From NCBI GenBank assembly GCA_965153285.1, contig OZ229112.1: 64,000 nucleotides of DNA; one strand, given 5' to 3'. Each line of letters begins with the position of its first letter. Within the stretch, counting starts at the first letter, position 1. The translations under genes were made by a program, and so were the position numbers. This document shows positions 11,781-23,452 of the stretch, piece after piece. Source of the DNA: Podarcis tiliguerta (taxonomy: Eukaryota). The notes under the pieces were generated by a model. It ran no database searches, was not told the DNA's origin, and saw nothing but the letters and a program-made list of their open reading frames with translations.

Positions 11781-13434
11781 TGAATTGCAGAACATAATAC
11801 TTGCTCACAATGTCCTTGGGTAAACATTAAAAGGTCATGACCGCCTGTAACATCTCTGCATAAGCCCTGTAGAAGTGATTGAGTGCTGCCCCAAAGCTCC
11901 TACACAGATCTCATAATGTTCTAGTGAATTGTGCTCAATGATTTAATAAGAAATTTGCAGTTGCCAGAACTCGAAGGTTAAATTTGTTGCTCTTCATCTA
12001 TATTCTGTTCCTTTTCTGTTTAGGGAACAAATAATTACGAAAAACAGTATCTGGTTTCTTTTGTTCTTGGCTGGCATAGTAATACATTGCTGCAATGTTT
12101 ACATTAAGATTTTTTTATAATCATCATCATCAGACACATATCTAAGAAAAATCAGCAGAAGTGAGGGCCTTTGTTATGCATAATAAAAAAATAATCAAAA
12201 TGCAATGTAATTAATAAATTCAAGGAGACTGTTGGTTTGACCCATGATTCCAGATGTTTTTATAAAACGAGAGCCCAAAAAAGGAACACCCTGGAAACAA
12301 AAAAAAGGGAGATGAAGCTTCAGAAACATGCTTAAAGTGGAACCATTTATTGAAAGTTCAGTGTGCCTGCTGCATTTTGATCTATTCCCTCCTATTTTGA
12401 TGAAACCTGTTTTGAACAAATGACTACAATATGTGGAATACAATTTTTAAATGGTTTTGCTCCTGAATAAAGTTATATTCTGAAACACATTGACATTGTT
12501 CCATTTTCTAATAAATTTTAAACTGTTCCATTTCTAACATCATGTTGAAGCTTTGACTTCCTTTTTGTTTGTTTCTGCTTCTCGAAGCAAACCTCTTGAG
12601 AATGGTAAAGTGTGATTGATCCATGACCTTCAGAGGTCCTGGAAACATTGCTTGCCTCGGTCTCTCCCCCCACCCTACCCTTTGTGAAATCTCCAATTTG
12701 CAAACAATATGATTCTTGAAGCATGGTAAAGAATACCATATGACAAGAAATAGGAAAAGAAATAGTTCATGATCATTTAGCACTGAGACGCAATAAAAAA
12801 GTCAGACACATCAAAAGAACTGCAAATATAACTCAATGTATCATAGTACATGGATCATTTTAAAATAACAAAAAAAATACAGTCAGATGAAAGGTAGGAG
12901 GAAATACAACTAAGCAACCTGATATGGACAAACAACACTTTTGAGTTGCCAATAAAATATTGTAAAGCTGGATTCAGATTATGTAGTATTTAAGTCTTGT
13001 TTATATCAGGGCTTATGCATATGATTTAAAAAAATTAAATCCTCCAATCTTCAGTGGGTCTGGATGAAAAATACTCTGATAAAGGTGTCCAAGCATCTAC
13101 TGTACTTCGAATCATACGTCAGTGGGATATCCATCCACATAGAAACAATTGCCTATTATAATACTTGCCACTGAAGAGCAACGTATGGTAACAAAGCACC
13201 TGACAATTCAGTGTCTTGTTATACACATCAGGAAGTTCAGTTATATTCTGTTCTATTAATTGTTCCAGTACTGTATTACTGTTCCAGTATTGTATTACTG
13301 TGTTCGAAAGCATTGTATGAATAAATTAACAACAACACACCACTTTGTTGGTTATTTGATCTACAGTAAACATGCTTCTATATAAAAATATTTATATTTG
13401 CTTCTATATAAAAAATATTTTGGCTTCTCTCTAG

Positions 13435-13589
13435 CTTCAAGTTCTTGAAGAAAAGAACAAGCAGCTGAAAGCTACTTTGGTTGAGCTTGAAAAGGCTCTA
13501 GAAGAGTCCAAAACACAGTGTAAAGAACAAGAATTGCAGCTAGTTTGTCAAAAGAAGAAAGAAAAAGAATTGGTAACAGCAGTGCAGAG
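13435..13589 (+). CDS. CEP85L: CEP85L coding exon
   Basis: CTCTCTAG| acceptor, AG|GTATGA donor; 155 nt; [10 protein letters not shown]...[17 protein letters not shown](S). Confidence 0.95.
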
Positions 13590-15318
13590 GTATGAATAAT
13601 TAACTTGATCTGTCGTTTATGACTCTCTAGGATCTTTCTATTCCCTTCTGCGTCAGTTTAGTTTTGGTGAAGAGATTCACGTGAACTCTGTTGTAATGTC
13701 AAATGCCAGACTGCACTACACAGAAGGCAATGATGCAGTATGTTGCAAAGCACAATTGAGATGTGTCAGACTACAGCAATATCATTTTTAATACGTGGGC
13801 ATTGTTGAATTGCTGCTTTTAGGGAAAGAGGGTTGAAAATGAGAAATATGAGGTTGAGCTGAGAAGGATGTAACAGAAAGCCTGCCTGGTTGCTGAGGAT
13901 TCAGGTCTTCTAACTAATCATGTACTTGTGTAGAGTAGGGACCTTGAACTGTTAACTTGTGGACCAAATCAATCTCATAGAAAGATGCCATCTGGTCGTA
14001 GAAATCTTGTTGAAGGTATTAGAAATACTTCAGGTACTATTCCTCCCACCACTTATATCTCAGACATTTTAGGCATGTCAAAGCTGTCATTCAAAGTCTA
14101 GTTTTGCTGTTTGAACTACAAACAAGAGGAAATAAGGGGGACTTGTCTGCACAGTAGCTTATGAGCACACAGACATCCTTTACTGTTTCCTGGTTAAGGG
14201 GAATCACACCAAGCAACCACATATGCAGTTTCCCGAATGAACAGTCCCTACAGCTGACATATTCTGGCTAGAAAGTTGTAGGGCATCTGCCTAAAGTTAA
14301 TGGTACAATGGAAACATTCCTCCTTACCCTAACAAGTTCCAAAGGAGCATTCAGGTGTCATTTGTGCCACATGTTTCCCCAGTTAGCATCAGTAGGGCAG
14401 AGACACCATGACATGCATTAACCCACTGACCACTTGGCTGGTGAATGCAAAATCAAAGGAATGAACATGAACATTCCATTCTGGTTGACGGGTCGAAAGA
14501 GTGTGGTTTGGTTACTATAAGTTAGTTTTGCCTTGGGGATCAAATTCTTACTTAGTTGTTAACTCATTAAATGGCTTTGGATACGTTACTGTCTGTGAGC
14601 TGCCTTAATAGCTGCAACTGTTCCGCAATGGATTTATAGTTACAAAGAAACAGGAAGCAGGATAACAATTCCAGATGGATGTTAAAATGAGAGAATGTCA
14701 CTGCAGCACAGACTAATTTATTTAGAATTGTTTTATTTAGAATCTATTGTTTTATAAAAGGCTTTTAAAAAGCAAAAGCTAAAGGAACACCCTTTTGAAA
14801 TTATGCAATAAAGGTAATGGAAGCCATTTTAGAATTTAATTTCCAGTAGTCTGAAACATGTGACATTTCAGTTCGTGACCCTGCGTTGCTTAAAATTGCA
14901 TGCCACAAAAGCTTTGTTCAAATGATGAAAGGTTAGGTATTTGGGACAGTTAGCCAGATCACTGGGTGCATTGTTTCCATCTTACATCTGGTACCTATTG
15001 CATTTGTGAGTGTGTAATCCACCAGGGTGGCTTTGCAGTCTCCTGAAAGTCTATAAATATTTGAAGCAGAGTCTTGTTTCTAAATTTAAACAACAATTGT
15101 CATTGTCATCATTTGTGTTTTCATTTTTGAAAGATGAGGCGGAGGGAAGCAGAAGTGTGATTCTTCCCTGTGCTGGGGCAGTTGAGTGTTGTTGACAGGG
15201 TAGGTTACCCAGGACTCTGCGTAACCAGAGATTGGGGAAATTTCTGCTGACCCCAGGCAGCTAGTCATCTGGAAGCCTGATTTCAGATATCCACCAAGTC
15301 ATGCTGCAATTCTAGTTA

Positions 15319-15944
15319 CCGTATTTTTCGTTCCATAGGACGCTCTGTCCCATAGGACGCACCTACTTTTGGGGGGGGGGGGGAGAAATAAAGGGAAAAA
15401 ATTTTTCCTTTATTTCCCCCCCAAAACCAGGTCGGGGAACAGTGGGATGGCGGCGCTGCGCCTCCCCGCTGTCCCCCGAGCTTGTGGGGCTGGCCGATGT
15501 CTGTCCGGCGCGAGGGGCGCTCTGCTTCAGGGCACCCCACGCGCCTGGCGGCAGGCTGCGGACAACTGCGCAAAGCACGGGGCGTCTTCCAAAGGGCGCC
15601 CCGTGCTTCACGCTGCAGGCTGCCGCCCGCAAGCCTTGCGCTCCCGTGGGGAGTTCCCCCCGGTGCGCAAGGCTTGCCGACACCTGCGCGAAGAACGGGG
15701 CGTCCTCCGAAGGGCGCCCCGTGCTCCGCGCTGCCGCCTGCAACCCTTGCGCGCCCAGGGGAACTCCCCCGGGGTGCGCAAGGCTTGCGGATAGCTTCCT
15801 GGAGAGCAAGAGGTGTCCGTGTGCACCGACGCCTCTCGCTCTCCAGGCTTCTGCGAAAGCCTGCATTCGCCCCATAGGACGCACACACATTTCCCCTTCA
15901 TTTTTGGAGGGGGAAAAGTGTGTCCTATAGGGCGAAAAATACGG
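15319..15944 (-). mobile_element. Related MITE, 626 bp, opposite orientation to 8984-9829
   Basis: TA flanks (15317-15318, 15945-15946); TIR CCGTATTTTTCG; its right ~80 bp is the reverse complement of the left end of the 8984 element. Confidence 0.9.
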
Positions 15945-15961
15945 TAATCTCATGTAACACG

Positions 15962-16090
15962 GAGGCAGCCAACGTGGTGCCCTCTAGAAGGTTTTGGACT
16001 CCAATTCCCATCAGCCTCAGCCAGCATGGTAAGTAGTCAGGAATGCTAGATGTTGCAGTCGCAACAGCATCTGGAGGGTACTAACCCTGC
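15962..16090. mobile_element. Decayed hAT MITE (same broad family as 36543/39737)
   Basis: CCCTCTAGA...GGACTCCAATTCCCATCAGCC...CATCTGGAGGG; more decayed copies at ~46270-46335, ~60330-60445 and ~61165-61300. Confidence 0.6.
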
Positions 16091-16352
16091 TATAAAGGGC
16101 TGTAGGTTCTGATGGCACTCTCAGAGGAAGAATTGGCTGTCTACAGGATCATTTCTTAAAATGAACCTGTCAACATAAATGTGCAAACCCACTCCAATAG
16201 CATGCATTAACCATAAAACATCTCCAAGAATGAATCTGTGTACGGAATCTTTGACTTTTGCAGAGCTTACTTATTTCCTGCACAGGATTTGACTCTGGAG
16301 TTTTGGTATGCAATTTCTGCTTTCTTCTTGCCTTTTCAAATCCAAACTACAG

Positions 16353-16470
16353 CCTGCAACAGAAGGTAGAAAAATGCCTGGAAGATGGTGTCCGCCTTCC
16401 TATGTTGGACACAAAACAGCTTCAGAGTGAAAACGAAAGCCTCAAAGAGAAAAATGACAAAGCTAGCAAG
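16353..16470 (+). CDS. CEP85L: CEP85L coding exon
   Basis: TACAG| acceptor, AAG|GTACAT donor; 118 nt, phase-compatible; [39 protein letters not shown]. Confidence 0.95.
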
Positions 16471-17073
16471 GTACATTCATTAAACTGGGATGATCTACCT
16501 GTGTCTGAAGAGCTCTTTTTGCTACTGATGTTTTCTGTTACTATATTGTCAACCTGTTGTTGTGTCTCCCTGCCCCAATATATGTTTCCAACAGCAGCCA
16601 GTGAAGCACTGGCAGGTGCCACTGGGTGGCAGTAAAGATGAGAGGATGTAATGTACAGAGTCAGACCATTGGCCCATCTAGCTCAGTATTGTCCACACCC
16701 AGGGGGTGGGAGGTTGCAGTTGAGGTCAGGCACATGTAATTATGCAGTTGCTGATTGACTACTTGCCCTCACTAAGCGGTTGTGCACTTAGGCAGGGCAG
16801 ACCAAGACACCCTCTTGTCTCCACAACTTTCCAACCATTTCTGAGTATGTTTTCCCCTACCCCATAACTGCCCCCACAGCATCATAAGACTTTTCTTGTT
16901 ACTAATTTCATTCCTGATCTTGCAGCATCCTAAGTTGTTGTGTTTTTTATAGCAGTGCATGTCCTTTGTGCCAATTCTCAAGTTTACAACAAATTAGATA
17001 CCTTGACCTCACAAAAATTTGACAGATACATCAGAGATACAAAGAGCATTTTTGTGTGTTCTTCTCCTAACAG

Positions 17074-17124
17074 GTCATAGACAATCAACAGAATCAGATT
17101 GCCGAGATGACTTTAGAGATTCAG
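17074..17124 (+). CDS. CEP85L: CEP85L short coding exon
   Basis: CTAACAG| acceptor, CAG|GTAATG donor; 51 nt; VIDNQQNQIAEMTLEIQ. Confidence 0.92.
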
Positions 17125-17407
17125 GTAATGAATTGTGTTTTTCAGGCGTTTAACCTTAGCCTTACTATTGATGAAGATGCATCCTCTCCATGAAAAGAAG
17201 GGTTGGCCTTAGGAGCTTCATGAGACAGCAGTAATCTACAATATTACACTGTTTAATGGTAGTTGTGCTTTTATTTGTAATCTGTTTTGGGTTCCCAAGA
17301 CAGAATGGCTTCATATAAATGCTCTGTATACTTGAATGATGCCACAACCTTCACATAAACATAATGCAGGGAAGAAGAAATGCATGACAAGAATTAAAGC
17401 TGAAGTC

Positions 17408-18121
17408 TAGGGCTAGGTAATGTTAGGTTTTCAACACTGCAATCTGGTGGTACACTGTGATGTTGAAAGGGTGGAATAAGCTTCATTGGCCCCAGCCCTG
17501 CCAGGCACCGGAGTGAAACTGTCACCACTGCTGCTGAGGTGGTTTCATCCCGGGGCCAGAGCTGATGCAGCTAGAGGGGTGGGCTCCCACGTCCAGGAGA
17601 AAAGATGCAGCCCACCCTCCTGGGTGAAGGCAGCTGGACAGCGGTGCTTGTCAGGCCCCATTCTCAGGGTTCCCTCTGCTTTCACACATGTGGGCTACCT
17701 ATCTGTCCCGTGCGAAGGCAGCAATGGATGAGGCCACTACAGTAATGCGCCATCTGTGTGGCTTCAACCCCCTCCCTCCGCCTTGGCAGCTGCCTGTGAC
17801 AGGTGGGCGGGGGGGGGGTTGATCAGCTGAGAAGCAGGCTGCCTTCAATTGCCCACTTCTCGGCTATTCAAGCCCCTGTGGGGCTTTGTTAAATTGCTCA
17901 ACTGAGTGGAGCAGTTTAAAGAAGTCGTCTGCTGGTGGTTGTGGTATGAGAGCCAGAGGGCTGTTTCATCCAGCGGTATATTGCAGGTGAAACAGCAGCC
18001 GCTCCTGAGTCTCTCTGGAGGCAGGGGGACTTGGGAGCAGCCGCTGTTTCACCCGCGATATATTGCTGAGTGAACAGTCGGGCCCTCATACCAGTCCTGG
18101 GTGATACATTGCAGAGACCTG
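17408..18121 (-). mobile_element. Decayed non-autonomous hAT element
   Basis: Starts TAGGGCTAGG; internal palindrome 17960-18080; 18086-18113 is the reverse complement of the left end of the 18925 element; TSD not recovered. Confidence 0.55.
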
Positions 18122-18924
18122 TCTGGCACTTGCTTGTTTCAGCCACCTTTAAAGTGCAGGCAGAATCATGTGCACATAGGAAGCATTTCTTCGCCACTGG
18201 AGCCCATGGGCCTGCTGCCCTCATCCAGCTGTCAAAACAAGCTGAGGCAGCAGAAGCAATACACCCCTTTCCCCCTTATTCATACCACAAGACCATCAAG
18301 AGAGCTTCCAGCAATCGTAACATCAGCACAAAAATTATGTATGAACACTACAAACTGAACAAAATAATAGGGGGGGGGGTGTTACTGGGTTGTTGTTTTA
18401 TTTTGATTGTGTATATATATTGCGTTATGTTGATCTTGTTCTGTGAACCGCCCTGAGACCTCCGGTTATGGGGTGGCATACAAATTCTATAAATAATAAA
18501 GGCAAAATGTGGATTAGCCTTCAGACAAGACAGGCATGCATGCAAAATATGTTAGTATGATCAAGTTTTGATGAGACAAGTGATTTTTTAAACCAAACGA
18601 TAACATATGTGACCAGGTCTTTAATTAATAATCTACAAACTGTTTAATGGAAGCATTATAAAATGCAACAAGGAATGTTAGAAATATTACTTTTAAAATT
18701 AATAAGAAAAAACCAACGTAGAGAAGCTGTTTGGTGATTGACCATGTCCCAAAACAGTAAAAGATTTATTCAGAAATTACACAAACACGTTCCTTGAACA
18801 ATTGTTTGGGTGTGATTTCTTTGGATTATTTCAGAGGTTCAACTCATCTGAAAATAATCTCAGGTTGAATTTATTGTGAAAATGGCTCCTTTGCACAGCT
18901 GAAACATGCACACTGATAGAAGAC

Positions 18925-19442
18925 TAGGCCTGGGTGACATATCACCCAGGACTGGTATGAACGACAGAGCAGGATGGCAGCCCTATCTGGCAGTATATCG
19001 CAGGTGAAACTGCCACTGCTCCTGAGTCCCTCTGCTGCCAGGGCCGCTGGTAGCAAGGGACTTGTGAGTGGCGGTGGTTTCACCTGCAATATACCACCAT
19101 CACGCTCTACCCCTCATACTGCAGAGGGAGGAGCAAGCTGCATCAACAGCTGATACAACTTGTTCATTTCTTGGCTTCTTTAAACTGCTCTGCTGAGTAG
19201 CCACACACTCCTTAGCAAAACAGTTTAGCAGAGCTGGCATGGGGGCTCTGCTAAACTCCTGCCCCCCCCTCAGTTGAGGAACCCCAATACCTCATGCACG
19301 AGCTGGGAACAAGCTGTGCCGCCCCCCAGTGCACTGGGGTGAAACTGCTTTGCGGGGCTGGGGCCAATGTAGCTTGTTGTTTCAACATCACAGTGTATCA
19401 CCAGACTGTGATGTTTGCCTTGTGATATATCGCCTAGCCCTG
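18925..19442 (+). mobile_element. Non-autonomous hAT element
   Basis: TIR TAGGCCTGGGTGACATATC / GATATATCGCCTAGCCCTG; degenerate 8-bp TSD TAGAAGAC / TATGAGAC. Confidence 0.7.
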
Positions 19443-19462
19443 TATGAGACCAATTTAAACAT

Positions 19463-19950
19463 TCAGCTGGTTGTTCTAAAAAAAAAAATGTACCTGTGTG
19501 ACTCAGGTTGGAGTTGCTTCATTAGTAGGAACAGTACTTCAGCAGTCTTCTTGGAGTCAGTTGGAAAGAGTAAGATGTCATCAACGTGTTGATGAAGTCC
19601 AAATCCCCAAATCATGTCTCCCAGCGGTTTCATATGGATGTTGATCAGCATTGTGGAAGATGGATCGCCTTGTGGACACCATAGGCTAATGTTCAAGCTG
19701 CAAAACAGAAGTCTATTAGTACTGTCATAAGAAATTCTCCTGCCAAAAGGATTAGAGCATGGCAAAGCAAGACCCATCTGAGCCCGGCAGCCCATACCAT
19801 GGTCAGTGGTACTGAAGGTGATTGAAATGTCCAGCAGAAGCAAAAGGAATGCATTCCTCCTGTCTGGTTTCCAACACAGGTTGTCCAGTAGAACAGCCAA
19901 GACACACTGTATCCTGTAATTAAGATTGAAGCCAAATGAAAAAAGGATCC
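19463..19950 (-). mobile_element. Decayed L2/CR1-clade LINE reverse transcriptase fragment
   Basis: Minus-strand ORF has degenerate RT motifs LLLLDISITFSTTDH (cf. LDLSAAFDTVDH), PQG, INIHMKPLG and HQHVDD (cf. QYADD). Confidence 0.8.
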
Positions 19951-21590
19951 ATTTCATCCAGGAAAACCTACATATGTGAATTATGTGACGTTATCCGTGC
20001 ATAACACCACATAGATAAGTTTTCTGTACACACTCCACCTTACTTTTAGATTGAACTTCATAATTCTATGGTATGATTGTAGATCTTTATTAAATGCCAG
20101 ATAATTAGTTTGATCTTGTAGTTAATAAGGCATGTCCCATAAAGTATATTCCCAAAATGCCACTGTATGTTACAGTAACGTGTGAAATCCCTCCCAGGCA
20201 TTGCCTTTTGCTAATCTGAAACATAAAACTGAACATACTTTCCTAAGACATGGTATCCTGTAGCAGAGTAATATCATAGCACAAGTCTAAACTCCAATTT
20301 TATTCAGAGGGAATTTATTGCAGTCAATTGGAAATGGACGCTAGGCTTTGCTTAAGGATGCAGTCATCAGAGTATATGGGTAAACCTCAGCACACAATAA
20401 TACAGCATGCTTGGATGGAGAATAACATAAAGTAGGGGAAATCCCCTTTGAAAGCTTTACAAGAGGAGAATGAGTTGGAACTTGTCATCCTTTGCAGCTT
20501 AACTTTTATTAATGCCTAGAGTACAACAATTTGAACACTCTAGATTCCAGCCAAATAAAACCAGCAAAGCACAAGCATGGACATATGTCATATTGCAGTT
20601 GACTAACCTACACGTTGAGCAGAAGAAAAAAATAACTTCTGTCAATCTATAAAAGTAGGAACGGTTATATTACATCGATGCATTTCTCAAAACCTAGCAA
20701 TTGCATACTAAACATCAAGTCAGCACTTCATGCAAAGTAGGAGTGATGTTTAGCTGTTTTTAAAAGTTATTTATATTATTTGTGGGTTATATAAATATCA
20801 AGAAATGGCCACTTTGCCAAATGATGGGAAGAGGAGCAGGGTTGTGGGAAAGAACCTGAATAGCTAAACTGACAGTAGTAGGCAAACAAGCACCAGAAGC
20901 CGGAATTCAGAGCAACCAGGATACGCTGAGAGGAAATTGTGGGCAGGGAGGGACAGCATGAAGAGAAGCAAGAACTAAGGGGAAAGAGGGACCAAGTCTA
21001 GAAGCAAATCAGTTCCTCTTTCCTTTTCCAAGGGCTGCTGAGGTCAGGGGATCCGCATTACTCCAGCCATGGCTCACGGCACTGCAGCATGTAGGGATGG
21101 GAAGTCCTAACAATGGTTGACTGAGTCTCTTGGGACCCAAACTAGTTGCTGCTCAGCTGTCAGAGACTATGAAGCAATTCACAGCCAGAAAGATTGTGTC
21201 CCCACCCCTCCCCAATATCTGAAAGTGTTAAAAGCCAGAAGCTGAACTGTAGAATTGGTAGCTGTATTTCTATCCCATGGTGTGAAGCTTTGCTGTGTTT
21301 TAAGTAACGGAAAACTAAACTTGAAAAGAATTCCATCCTGCTAGTCATGGATTAAATTAGCATAATTTGACACTTTGTGGTTAAGATATGTAATAAAAAA
21401 GGGAAGAAAGTTTGGAACAGATTGTGTTGAACAATAATTTGAGACACAGTGCAGAATAAGTCTATTTAAAATTCACTGGTGGTATTTTTCCAGCTAATTT
21501 GAACCTCTCAAAAAGTATGATTTGGACAGATGAGTGGATCTTTTGTCTTCTGAGATTTTCAGTCCTGGATTTCAAGAGATGATTGATAGA

Positions 21591-21591
<1 letters not shown>

Positions 21592-21632
<41 letters not shown>
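21592..21632. repeat. (CA)n microsatellite
   Basis: Direct reading. Confidence 0.97.
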
Positions 21633-21634
<2 letters not shown>

Positions 21635-21900
21635 CTGCTGCAAATGTGAGGGAGAAGTGCTCTTCGTTAGACAAACCCTTTACCTGCCAGGTGTCCAGGG
21701 GGCTTTGCAAACTAAGCCCACTCTTGGACACCTTTGGGGATTTCAGAGACTGCCCTGGTTCCTTTGAGCACTGCAGAAGTAAAAACTGAGGGTGGGAGTG
21801 GAAAGTTGGCCCACCATGAAGGACCATCTCACCCTAAAGGATCCTCTATGGGTATTGGACCTTCAGTGCTTGACTGAGGGGACCTCTCACTCCCCATAAT

Positions 21901-22186
21901 TCAGGTTAAGAACAGTTTCAGGTTAAGAACAGACCTCCGGAACTGTGTACAGTGTACTGTAATTTGTTCCAGAGGTCCGTTCTTAACCTGGAACTGTTCT
22001 TAACCTGAAGACCACTTTAGCTAATGGGGCCTCCTGCTGCTGCCGCGCCACCGGAGTACCATTTCTGTTCTCATCTTGAAGCAAAGTTCTCAACCTGAAG
22101 CACTATTTCTGGGTTAGCAGAGTCTGTAACCTGAAGCATATGTAACCCGAGGTACCACTGTAACTACTTAACCCGAGGTACTACTG
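21901..22186. mobile_element. Tigger/pogo-like MITE nested in a truncated inverted copy of the same family
   Basis: Two GAGGTAC(C/T)ACTG-TA termini (22160, 22186); 21901-21943 is the reverse complement of ~21966-22008. Confidence 0.75.
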
Positions 22187-22612
22187 TAAAAGTTAGATGT
22201 TAGTTGAGCCCAGTTCTTTTCTTTCCCTGTATTTGTTTGAAGGCATGTTTTGTGTAGCTATTACATAAGTAAAGCTAAAGAGGTCCCTTGATAGGGTAGT
22301 ATTAATGACAAATCCCACAACTGTTACAGGATAAACACTCCCATCCATAGAAACCAAGCAGTTCCCATTCTTATTCCCCTATGCTAAACACTGTAGAGGG
22401 CTAAGTGAAACTCCTGGGTATCTAGCAGACCTTGGGGATATAGCTAGATTGAATCCTTATTACCGGCTGCACATTCTGATGACTTAGGTCTCCAAGCATA
22501 ATATGATTCAGCTTAGGCACACCACTAAAGTTCACTTGTTAGTGGTTATTTAAGTACATGCCTAGGTACATCCAGTAAGTTTGTGGAAGGAAACTAGTTT
22601 TAAGATACCGGG

Positions 22613-22614
<2 letters not shown>

Positions 22615-22650
<36 letters not shown>
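22615..22650. repeat. (GT)n microsatellite
   Basis: Direct reading. Confidence 0.97.
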
Positions 22651-22652
<2 letters not shown>

Positions 22653-23344
22653 CTTTGGCTGCCATTCACAAGAGAAGCAAAAGCCTCACTGCTGTACATA
22701 GAACATAGGAATCTGCCTCACAACATTGTGTGCAAGTCACAACATTGGTCCATCTAACTCAATATTATCTACACTGACTGGCAGCAGTGCTCCAGCATTC
22801 CTGACATTCCCAGCCCACCTAGAGAAGCTGGGGATTAAACCTTTGGCCTTTTGCATGCAAGACCACTGAGCTAGAGCCCTTCCTGAGCAGTCACTAAAGC
22901 CCTTACATCCCCAGCCTCTCTATCCCATAGAAGTAAAGGCAAAGGGCTACTTTTGCAGCCACTGCTGGTTCTGCCCCAGCATTATTGAGCATTGGCTGAA
23001 GCTGAAATGCTCCCTCTCCATCTTCCCCACAAGAAAAGTTGGGGGGACTTTTTTGCTGCTGAATAGATGCATCAGCACCTGCCTCCTTGAAGCCAGCAGA
23101 GGACAGGAATCCAGTAGATCAAATTTTTAGACTTGGCAGGGAAGGCCCCAAAATTGCACACCTTAGACTAAATGACCTTCTCGGCTACAGAAACTTGTCA
23201 GCACAATAGCCAGCATAAATTTGCCTAAAGTGCTCCTAGAAGACTGAAGTTACAAGCAGAAGCAAATGCAACTGACAGTGTTTGAACTATCAGCTTACTT
23301 GGACTACATGCTTTAAAGTGATTTTCTCTTTTTTTGCCCCCTAG

Positions 23345-23452
23345 TCTATGCAAGATAAGCTTTTGCAAGGAAAAGTGACAATTCAAAAACAGAAAAGTGA
23401 ACTTGAAGAAAAGGATAAGAGTGTAGAGCAGCTACAAAAGACGCTACTTGAA
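23345..23452 (+). CDS. CEP85L: CEP85L coding exon
   Basis: TTTTGCCCCCTAG| acceptor, GAA|GTAAGT donor; 108 nt; SMQDKLLQGKVTIQKQKSELEEKDKSVEQLQKTLLE. Confidence 0.93.

Noticed and set aside
15316-15953. Six overlapping long ORFs (up to 196 aa) on both strands
   Set aside because: Produced by the stop-poor, GC-rich palindromic interior of a MITE; no transposase or other domain motifs
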